Source of the DNA: Clostridiales bacterium
GTDB taxonomy: Bacteria > Bacillota > Clostridia > Oscillospirales > CAG-272
DNA: 64,000 nt
Assembly: GCA_012800735.1 (NCBI GenBank)
Contig: JAAZIU010000028.1
Coordinates: 3,245-67,244, forward strand
Reading direction: 5' to 3'
The stretch's first letter is position 1; every line of letters starts with the position of its first letter. Positions 55,468-63,121 of this stretch are shown here, in pieces. The notes under the pieces were generated by a model that was not told where the DNA came from, made no database searches, and was given only the letters and a program-made list of their open reading frames with translations. The position numbers and the translations under genes were made by a program.

Positions 55468-56079
55468 ATGTACGAAATCGACACAAACCATATAACCAAA
55501 GACACAATAATTTTAGCGTCTAAATCCCCGCGGCGGCGGGAGCTGATGGAGCTTATCGGGCTGCCTTTTGCGGTTCTTGCCGTTGACACCGAGGAAGACC
55601 TGCCCGACGGTACGGGGGCGGAAGAAACCGTATCCCTGCTTTCCCGCCGCAAAGCGGAGGCGGTGGCGAACCTGCTTTCCCGTGATACCGATATAAGCGG
55701 AAATATCATCATCGGCGCCGACACCGTTGTCTGGAACGGCGAGATATACGGCAAGCCGAAGGACTACGACGACGCGCGCAGGATGCTCCGCTCCCTTTCC
55801 GGACGGGGGCATGAAGTCTGGACCGGGATTACCGTTCTGCGCGGCGATATCTGCGTTACCGAGGCGGTTCGCACCGACGTTTATTTCCGCGAGCTTTCCG
55901 ATTACGAAATTGACAGGTATATCCGCGAATGTCCGCCGTATGACAAGGCGGGCGGGTACGCGATTCAGGAGCGCGCCGCGATATTCGCCGACCGCGTCGA
56001 CGGGGATTTTTACAACGTCATCGGACTGCCGGTCAGCCGTCTCTGGCATATCCTGCACGACAGGTTCGGGGTGACGTGA
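55468..56079 (+). CDS. maf: Maf-like nucleoside triphosphate pyrophosphatase
   Basis: ILASKSPRRRELM, GADTVV, DKAGGYAIQ. Confidence 0.88.
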   Translation: MYEIDTNHITKDTIILASKSPRRRELMELIGLPFAVLAVDTEEDLPDGTGAEETVSLLSRRKAEAVANLLSRDTDISGNIIIGADTVVWNGEIYGKPKDYDDARRMLRSLSGRGHEVWTGITVLRGDICVTEAVRTDVYFRELSDYEIDRYIRECPPYDKAGGYAIQERAAIFADRVDGDFYNVIGLPVSRLWHILHDRFGVT

Positions 56080-56942
56080 TGACGGGCGTAAAGAAAACCG
56101 GCGGGAAAACTGCCGGCGCGGAACAGGCAAAACCGAAACTTACCGAAGAAAAAACAGCCGAAATGAAAGAGATAAAAACGAAAAACGCCGTCAAACAGGC
56201 CGATATAAAGAAATCCGGCGCGAAGAAAGCGCCGTCAAAGAAGACCGCCGCGGCGAAGAAAACCGCTAAAAAAACCGCTTCAAAAAAGCCGGTATTTGTT
56301 CCCGACAAAGCCCTGCTTAAAAAGGGCGCGGAGCTTGTCGCGCGGCTGAAAACCGTCTATCCCGACGGCGAATGTCAGCTCAAATACGAGGGCGAGCCGT
56401 GGCGGCTGCTTGTGATGGGCATCCTTTCGGCGCAATGCACCGATATCAGGGTGAATATTATCGCCGAGGAGCTTTTCGCCGCTTATCCCGATGTCTATTC
56501 GATGGCGGAAGCGGATATCTCGGAAATCGAGAGGCTTATCCGCACCTGCGGCCTCTGGCGGGGCAAGGCGGCGGCGATAAAGGGCTCCTGTGAAATTATC
56601 GTCTCAAAACACGGCGGGGAGCTGCCGTCGTCGATGGAGGATCTTACCGCGCTTCCCGGCGTCGGGCGGAAGATAGCGAATCTCATTCGCGGCGACATCT
56701 TCGGATTTCCGGCGATAGTCGCCGATACTCACTGCATAAGACTTTCCGCGCGCATAGGGCTGACCGAGGCGGGGGAGCGCGACCCGTACCGCACCGAGAT
56801 GCGGCTGTCCGAGATTATAGCGCCGGAGGAACAGGTAGAGTTCTGCCACCGTTTTGTCTTATTCGGCCGCGAATACTGCACCGCCCGCTCGCCGAAGTGC
56901 GAGGGCTGCCTGATGGCCGATATCTGCGACAAAAACCTATGA
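56076..56942 (+). CDS. nth: Endonuclease III with an ~80-aa Lys/Ala-rich N-terminal extension
   Basis: HhH LPGVGRKIAN and the 4Fe-4S cluster motif C..ARSPKCEGCLMADIC. The start GTG 56076 or ATG 56079 overlaps the maf stop. Confidence 0.88.
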   Translation: MMTGVKKTGGKTAGAEQAKPKLTEEKTAEMKEIKTKNAVKQADIKKSGAKKAPSKKTAAAKKTAKKTASKKPVFVPDKALLKKGAELVARLKTVYPDGECQLKYEGEPWRLLVMGILSAQCTDIRVNIIAEELFAAYPDVYSMAEADISEIERLIRTCGLWRGKAAAIKGSCEIIVSKHGGELPSSMEDLTALPGVGRKIANLIRGDIFGFPAIVADTHCIRLSARIGLTEAGERDPYRTEMRLSEIIAPEEQVEFCHRFVLFGREYCTARSPKCEGCLMADICDKNL

Positions 56943-56966
56943 GTATTATTAAATCAAACAGAAAAA

Positions 56967-57008
56967 TTCCGCGGAAGTGTAAAATACGTCACTTCCGCGG
57001 AAAAATTA
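56967..57008 (+). terminator. nth terminator
   Basis: ttccgcggaagtg-taaaatacgt-cacttccgcggaa followed by aaatt. 13-bp stem. Confidence 0.65.
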
Positions 57009-57011
57009 TTG

Positions 57012-57050
57012 AAAAAAACCGGGGAAACTTCGTTTATGAAGCTCCCCGGT
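57012..57050 (-). terminator. Terminator of the small membrane protein gene
   Basis: The minus strand reads accgggga..tccccggt followed by ttttttc. Confidence 0.7.
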
Positions 57051-57115
57051 GAAAACAAAGAAAGGAGTTGGTTGTTTGCGCGGTTGTTTACCCGTCGGTT
57101 TCGGGTAAGCTCTTG

Positions 57116-57451
57116 TTATTCCGGCTTGTCGGCGGGAGCCGGCTCGTCGAAATCTGCTTCGTCGGCGACTTCAACTTCAATGTCGCGGTCGCAGCAATCT
57201 TCGTCAAGGAAAATCGCTTCGTCATCGTCGTCAAATTCAAAACCGCAGCACTCGTCGAGGTAGTCCTCGCAGTTGGCTTCGCAAAGGTTGCGCATATATT
57301 CGTTGAATTTCTTATATGCCATATAAGCGAGGGCGGCGATGCCGGCGACGGTGATGATGAAGAGGATTATCTTAAGAGCCTTGTCAAGCTTTGATTCTTT
57401 CGGCTCAGGCACGGGCACAAAGCGATCTCTGATATCCTGTATTACTTTCAT
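57116..57451 (-). CDS. Small single-pass membrane protein with a Cys- and Asp/Glu-rich tail
   Basis: ATG 57451 lies 7 nt after AGGAGG. TM helix ALKIILFIITVAGIAALAYMAY, then CEANCEDYLDECCGFEFDDDDEAIFLDEDCCDRD. Confidence 0.6.
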   Translation of the reverse strand: MKVIQDIRDRFVPVPEPKESKLDKALKIILFIITVAGIAALAYMAYKKFNEYMRNLCEANCEDYLDECCGFEFDDDDEAIFLDEDCCDRDIEVEVADEADFDEPAPADKPE

Positions 57452-57589
57452 TGTTATGCCTCCTAAATAGATTATTCGTTGCTTCATAATAAATTATACC
57501 ACATAAGCGGCGTTTTGTACACCGCGCGAGTGAAAAAAATTGTTAATTTTTTGATAAAGCTCGATATATCAACCAAAAAGACCGGCATT

Positions 57590-57730
57590 ATGCTCCTCAG
57601 GGTATTTTGTCATATGCTTTTCGGCTGATTTTTTGACGCTTGCGCAGGTCGAGACATGGCTGTTCTTGCCGCCGGGCTATATCCGCAGGTCTTGTCGCAG
57701 AAATCCGTTTCGGTTTTAAGCGAAGAATTT
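57590..57730 (-). pseudogene. Decayed 3'-terminal fragment of an eleventh lipoprotein paralog
   Basis: 57630-57715 aligns by eye to 60818-60905 (ggct..ttgacgcttgcg.aggtcga...cttgccg....atgtcgcaggtcttg.cg.agaatccg). There is no intact frame. It lies immediately downstream of the paralog 8 stop. Confidence 0.55.
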
Positions 57731-57737
57731 ATGCTTC

Positions 57738-59225
57738 TCACCCCGCCGCGCCTTCTCTTATCGCTTCGATGTATTTATCCATCGCTTTGTCGACGGATTT
57801 CTTTACGCTCGCGTAGGTCGACGCCAATTTGTTATTGCCGGACATGACAATGCCTATCGTTTTGCCGTAATATCCGCCCCAGTCGAGGGTATAAACGAGG
57901 TCGTAGACTTTGCTTGCGAAGATGATTTTAAACATATCGTAGCTGTCTTCGTCGCGGACGCCTTTTATCAGGACGCTCTGATCTATCGCGGCTTCGGTGA
58001 GGCCGGGCGTGGCAAAGTAGCCCATCGCTTCAAGCACCGCGCCGGAGAATTCCGCGTCGCAGCCGATCGGCAGGGTGTAGACCGGCGCCCCGCCTGTATT
58101 TGAAAGACCGTAATATTTTTCCTGATTTTCGTCGTATTTCGGGAAGGGGACAACGCCGATGTCAAAGTCAAGCGAGCGGTAGGAGAGGCAGGCGCCGATT
58201 GTGTTGTATGCAAAATAGGTGTTTCCGAAGCCGAAAATCTGACCTCCCAAGTCGTAGCCGAACTTGCGCTCAACGATGACGGTTGACGGGCTGTTCGAAA
58301 TGACGCCTACGGCAAGGTCGAACTTGGTGAAATAAGCGTCGTCGAGGACGAATTCAATCTCCCCTTCGCCGGTTTTGCGGGTGGTAAGCGAACCCATCCC
58401 GACGACCATGTTGAAGGCGTTGGAGCCGTTCGTCACATAGCCGTAGCGGTCGTGTTCGTCTTCTTCGCCGTTGCCGTTGAGATCGAGATAACCGTCCTTT
58501 TCAATCTCGCGGAAGGCGTCGAAGGTCCACTTGCCTTCGCGGACTTTGTCATAGGGGAATTCGATGTTGGTATTTCTGAAAAGGTCTTTGTTGAAGTAGA
58601 GGCAGATCGTCGAAAGATCGTCGGTATAGCAGATTTCGCCGTTTATCATATACACTTTCCCCGAGTCGAAATCAAAGGTTTCGATTGTGGTCTGGTCCCA
58701 CCAGGGGTTGTCAAGGTCGATGGACTCGACTTCGCGGAAGTCCATCAGATAATGATTCGGCAGCACTTTCGCAATCTGTTCCAAAAAGGGGAAGGCGGCG
58801 TCGAATTCGCCGGTGTTTGCAAGCACCGCGGCGCTCAGTTTGTTATTAAGGTCTTCCACTTCGACGACATTGACCGATTTTAGCTTTATGTTCAAAAGCT
58901 CCTCGGTATTCAGGTTGCGCTCGTGGATCGCTTCAATGATGACATCGCCGCGCTTTACGCTTTCGTCAAGGTCAATCGGTTCGGCGATTTCGCGTTTTAA
59001 AACGGTGAAAGTCCGTCCGCCGAAGTCCTGCGGATATTTAAGGAAATCGTAAGGCGGCTCGGTTGCGGCTTCCGTCGTTTCGGCGGCGCCGCCGTCAGAT
59101 TTCGCGCCGTCGGGCGCGGCCGTTTCCGCGGGTTTTGAGCCGCAGGCGGATAATATAAATGCCGCAAGCAGCGCTGCCGCGAGTATAATCAAAGATGTTC
59201 GGGAGGATATTTTCATTGTATTCAC
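57738..59225 (-). CDS. Lipoprotein, family-1 solute-binding-protein-like (paralog 8 of 10; tandem array B)
   Basis: Lipobox ILSACGSK; DNPWWDQT, DLNGNGEEDEHDRYG, IGVVPFPKYDENQ. Confidence 0.85.
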   Translation of the reverse strand: MNTMKISSRTSLIILAAALLAAFILSACGSKPAETAAPDGAKSDGGAAETTEAATEPPYDFLKYPQDFGGRTFTVLKREIAEPIDLDESVKRGDVIIEAIHERNLNTEELLNIKLKSVNVVEVEDLNNKLSAAVLANTGEFDAAFPFLEQIAKVLPNHYLMDFREVESIDLDNPWWDQTTIETFDFDSGKVYMINGEICYTDDLSTICLYFNKDLFRNTNIEFPYDKVREGKWTFDAFREIEKDGYLDLNGNGEEDEHDRYGYVTNGSNAFNMVVGMGSLTTRKTGEGEIEFVLDDAYFTKFDLAVGVISNSPSTVIVERKFGYDLGGQIFGFGNTYFAYNTIGACLSYRSLDFDIGVVPFPKYDENQEKYYGLSNTGGAPVYTLPIGCDAEFSGAVLEAMGYFATPGLTEAAIDQSVLIKGVRDEDSYDMFKIIFASKVYDLVYTLDWGGYYGKTIGIVMSGNNKLASTYASVKKSVDKAMDKYIEAIREGAAG

Positions 59226-59238
59226 CTGATATTATTTT

Positions 59239-60717
59239 TTATCCCGCCGCGCCGGTCCGAATCGCCTCGATATATTTTTCAAGGTCCTTATCGACGGATT
59301 TCTTTATACTTGCGTAAGTCGAGGCCAACTTATTTTTGCCGCTTTGTACCATGCCGCAGGTCTTGCCGTAATATCCGCCCCAGTCGAGGGTATATATGAG
59401 GTCGTGGACCTTGCTTTCGAAAATTATCTTGAACATATCAAAGCTGTCTTCGTCGCGGACGCCTTTTATCAGGACGCTTTGATCTATTACGGCTTCGGTC
59501 AGGCAATGCGATGCGAACCAGCCCATCGCTTCAAGCACCGCGCCGGAGAACTCCGCGTCGCAGCCGAGCGGCAGCACATAGACAGTTGCGTAGCCGGTGT
59601 TGACAAGGCAGTAATATCTGTCCTGATTTTCGTCGTATTTCGGGAACGGCACAACGCCGATGTCAAATTCAAGGGAACGGTAGGAAAGACAGGAGCCGAT
59701 CAGGTTATAGGCAAAATAGGTGTTGCCGAAGCCGAATATCTCGTTGCCAAGACCGTATCCGAACTTGCGCTCCATGATGACGGTGGACGGACTGTTCGAG
59801 AGGACATCTATAACAAGGTCGAATTTGGAGAAATACGCCTCGTCGAGGACGAATTCAACATCTCCGTCGCTGTTCTTGCGGGTTGTAAGCGAACCCATTC
59901 CGGTGACCATGTTGAAAGCGTTTGAGCCGTTTGTTACATAGCCGTAGCGGTCGTTTTCATCGGCTTCGCCGTTGCCGTTGAGGTCGAGGTAGCCGTCCTT
60001 TTCTATCTCGCGGAAGGCGTCGAAAGTCCAGCTTCCGTCGCGGACTTTGTCATAGGGAAGTTCAAGGCCGACATTTGTAAGCAGATCCTTGTTAAAATAG
60101 AGGCAGATGATCGAGAGGTCATCCATGTAGTTTATTTCGCCGTCTATCATATATGTTTTTCCGGAGTCGAAGTCGAAGGTTTCGATGGTAGTTTTTCCCC
60201 ACCAGGGGTTTTCGAGGTCGATGGACTCAACTTCGCGGAAGTCGACCATATAGTGATTCGGCAGCGCCAGCGCGGCATGCCAGATACTTGGGAAGGCGGC
60301 GTCGTAGTCGCCGGTGTTGGCAAGCACCGCTTCGCTCATCTTTTTTATAACGTCGATTTCCGACTTTACCGAGCGTATTTTTACATTGAGCAGCTCCTCG
60401 GTATTCAGATTGCGCTCGTGGATCGCTTCTATTATAACATCGCCGCGCTTTACGCTGTCGTCAAGGTCGATGGGTTCGGCGTTTCCCGTCAGTACCGTGA
60501 AAGTTCTTCCGCCGAAATCCTGAGGATTTTTGAGAAATTCATACGGCGGTTCGGTGACGGCTTCGGTGGTTTCGGCGCCGGCGCCGTCAGATTTCGAGCC
60601 ATCGGGCGCGGTTGTTTCGCCGGATTTGCCGGAATCGGAGCCGCAGGAGGTAATAACAAACGATATCAGCAGCGCCGCTAAAAGCAGAGCTGATAAAAGA
60701 CGAATTTTCGGTTTCAT
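59239..60717 (-). CDS. Lipoprotein, family-1 solute-binding-protein-like (paralog 9 of 10; tandem array B)
   Basis: ATG 60717 follows an AAGGAA RBS. Lipobox VITSCGSD and the same landmarks. It sits 13 nt upstream of paralog 8. Confidence 0.85.
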   Translation of the reverse strand: MKPKIRLLSALLLAALLISFVITSCGSDSGKSGETTAPDGSKSDGAGAETTEAVTEPPYEFLKNPQDFGGRTFTVLTGNAEPIDLDDSVKRGDVIIEAIHERNLNTEELLNVKIRSVKSEIDVIKKMSEAVLANTGDYDAAFPSIWHAALALPNHYMVDFREVESIDLENPWWGKTTIETFDFDSGKTYMIDGEINYMDDLSIICLYFNKDLLTNVGLELPYDKVRDGSWTFDAFREIEKDGYLDLNGNGEADENDRYGYVTNGSNAFNMVTGMGSLTTRKNSDGDVEFVLDEAYFSKFDLVIDVLSNSPSTVIMERKFGYGLGNEIFGFGNTYFAYNLIGSCLSYRSLEFDIGVVPFPKYDENQDRYYCLVNTGYATVYVLPLGCDAEFSGAVLEAMGWFASHCLTEAVIDQSVLIKGVRDEDSFDMFKIIFESKVHDLIYTLDWGGYYGKTCGMVQSGKNKLASTYASIKKSVDKDLEKYIEAIRTGAAG

Positions 60718-60765
60718 GATATTCCTTTTCTTTTTGTCTTGCATTATTTTTATGTGCGTGATGCT

Positions 60766-62241
60766 TTAACCCGCCGCGCCGGTCTGCACCGCTTCGATGA
60801 ATTTCGCCATCTCTTTGTCGGTGGCTTTCTTGACGCTTGCGTAGGTCGACGCGAGTTTATCCTTGCCGGAGATGACCATGTCGCAGGTCTTGCCGTAGAA
60901 TCCGCCCCAGTTGAAGTTGTAGATAAGGTCGTAGGTCTTCGAGTCGAAGATGATATGGAACATATCATAGCTGTCCTGATCGCGGACGCCTTTTATCAGG
61001 ACGCTGGTATCGATGACCGCCTCTTTGAGCTGCGGCATTGCAAACCAGCTCATCGTTTCAAGTACCGTTCCGGCAAATTCCGCGTCGGCGCCGGCGGGGA
61101 TGCCGTAGACATTGGCGTACATGGTATTGCAGACGCCGTGGTATTTTTCCTGATTTTCGTCGAATTTCGGGAAGGGCACAACGCCGATGTCAAATTCAAG
61201 GGCGCGGTAGGAGAGGCAGGAGCCTATCATCGAGTAATCGAAATAGGTGTTGCCGAAGCTGAATATCTGACCGCCTAAATCGTAACCGAACTTGCGTTCT
61301 TTGACGACGGTGGCGTCGGTGTTGCAGAAGTCGTTTATCGCGCGGCTGAATTTTACGAAATACTCCTCGTCGAGGATAAACTCGTATTTTCCCTCGCTGT
61401 CCGGAACGACGGTGAGGGTGTCGAAGCCGACCATCATGTTGAAAGCGTGCGAGGCGGTGCAAACATAGCCGTATTGGTCGTACTCGTCGGTCTCGCCGTT
61501 GCCGTTGAGGTCGAGATAGGCGTTTGTGACGAGAACCTTGAAGGCGTCGCAGGTCCACTGATTGTCCCGGACGGCGTCATAGGGATAGGGGATGTTGTTT
61601 GCGGCCATCAGGCTTTTGTTGAAATAGAGGCAGACGGTCGAAAGGTCGTCCCAGAAGTTTATCTCGCCGCACGCCATGAACGCTTTGCCGGTTCCGAAGC
61701 CGAAGATGTCGATGACTTCCTTGTCCCACCACGGGTGAGTCATATCCATCGTCTCGACGGTGTTCATGTCGATGAGATAATGCTTGTCGAGAGTGCCGGA
61801 GACTTTCTCTATCGAGCCGAAGACAGCCGAATATTCGCCGTCGCCGGCCATCACGATTTTCTGAATATCCGCGCCGATTGCGGTCCAGTCTTCGGTTTTG
61901 GTTGAAGTTATTTTGATGTTGAGCAGTTCTTCCGTCTTTGAGTTGCGCTCGTAAACGGCTTCGACGATGACGTCGCCGCGTTTTACGCTGTCGTCGAGGT
62001 CGATATAGTCGCCTTTTGTGTAGGCGCCGTTCAGCACCTTGAATTCCCGCCCGCCGAAGTCTTCCGGGTTTTTGAGGAACTCATACGGCGGTTCGGTTGT
62101 GGCTTCGGTGGTTTCGGCGGCGGCGGTCGCGTCGGGCGCGGTTGTTTCGCCGGATTTTCCGGAATTGGAGCCGCAGGCGAGGGCGGTAAGCAGCATTGCC
62201 GCGGCGAGCGCGATGAATAAAAGGCGTTTAAAAACAGTCAT
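60766..62241 (-). CDS. Lipoprotein, family-1 solute-binding-protein-like (paralog 10 of 10; tandem array B)
   Basis: Lipobox TALACGSN; THPWWDKE, DLNGNGETDEYDQYG, IGVVPFPKFDENQ. Confidence 0.85.
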   Translation of the reverse strand: MTVFKRLLFIALAAAMLLTALACGSNSGKSGETTAPDATAAAETTEATTEPPYEFLKNPEDFGGREFKVLNGAYTKGDYIDLDDSVKRGDVIVEAVYERNSKTEELLNIKITSTKTEDWTAIGADIQKIVMAGDGEYSAVFGSIEKVSGTLDKHYLIDMNTVETMDMTHPWWDKEVIDIFGFGTGKAFMACGEINFWDDLSTVCLYFNKSLMAANNIPYPYDAVRDNQWTCDAFKVLVTNAYLDLNGNGETDEYDQYGYVCTASHAFNMMVGFDTLTVVPDSEGKYEFILDEEYFVKFSRAINDFCNTDATVVKERKFGYDLGGQIFSFGNTYFDYSMIGSCLSYRALEFDIGVVPFPKFDENQEKYHGVCNTMYANVYGIPAGADAEFAGTVLETMSWFAMPQLKEAVIDTSVLIKGVRDQDSYDMFHIIFDSKTYDLIYNFNWGGFYGKTCDMVISGKDKLASTYASVKKATDKEMAKFIEAVQTGAAG

Positions 62242-62403
62242 GATGTATCCTCTTTTTATTTTACTTTCAGAATTTTGTTATTTATTATTAACTTAAAACA
62301 GTCGCTCGACCACACAATATTATACATTGTCAAAGGGGAAAAGTCAACAAGCAGGGGGCAAAGCTTACACGGAGTTGCCGGCGATTTTACAGCGGCGGTT
62401 TCC

Positions 62404-62438
62404 AAAATGAAAACCCCCGCCGGATTTAACAGGCGGGG
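62404..62438 (-). terminator. Terminator after the ABC ATPase gene
   Basis: The minus strand reads ccccgcc-tgttaaatc-cggcgggg followed by gttttcatttt. Confidence 0.65.
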
Positions 62439-62455
62439 TTTAAGCGGATTTACGG

Positions 62456-63121
62456 TCATTCTCTTTTTATCTCCCCGCCGTCCATCACCCATACGGTATC
62501 CGCCGAGGCGGCGATCTTCTCATCGTGGGTGACTATAGCTATAGTTGTGCCGATCGAATGGAGGCGGAGGAAAAGGCTTATTATCTCCTGCGCCGTTTCG
62601 CGGTCGAGGCTGCCGGTCGGCTCGTCGGCAAGAAGTACTGCGGGGCGATTTATCAGGGCGCGGGCTATCGCAACGCGCTGAAGCTGTCCGCCGGAAAGCT
62701 CGGAGGGCAGGTGTTCGAGGCGATCCCTGATTCCTAACATTTCGGTCAGTTCGTCGAACCATTTCTCATCCGGCTTTTTTTCGTCGAGCAGCGAGGGCAG
62801 GATGATGTTTTCGCGGGCGGTGAAGATATCGACCAAATTGAACTGCTGATAAACGAATCCAATTTCCCGGCGGCGGATTTCGGCGAGCGCCTTTGAGTCG
62901 AGGGAGGCGATATCTTTGTTCCGCAGGAATATCTTTCCGTGGGAGGGGCGGTCAAGCCCTGCAAGAAGGTGGAGCAGCGTTGACTTTCCCGAACCCGACG
63001 CGCCTTTTATCGCCGCCATTTCGCCGTCGTCAAGCTCGAAATTCGCGTCATGCACCGCGTATATCGTCTCGTCGCCCTGGCGGTAGATTTTCGTCAGCCC
63101 TTCGGTTTTCAGCGCTTTCAT
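62456..63121 (-). CDS. ABC transporter ATP-binding protein (MacB/LolD-type)
   Basis: Walker A GASGSGKSTLL, signature LSGGQLQRVAIARAL, Walker B VLLADEPTGSLD. Confidence 0.9.
   Translation of the reverse strand: MKALKTEGLTKIYRQGDETIYAVHDANFELDDGEMAAIKGASGSGKSTLLHLLAGLDRPSHGKIFLRNKDIASLDSKALAEIRRREIGFVYQQFNLVDIFTARENIILPSLLDEKKPDEKWFDELTEMLGIRDRLEHLPSELSGGQLQRVAIARALINRPAVLLADEPTGSLDRETAQEIISLFLRLHSIGTTIAIVTHDEKIAASADTVWVMDGGEIKRE

Noticed and set aside
62305-62340. TTGACA and TATAAT hexamers upstream of paralog 10 (minus strand)
   Set aside because: The two hexamers are only 3 nt apart, which is incompatible with a sigma-70 promoter. At best there is an imperfect extended -10, so it is not reported as a feature.
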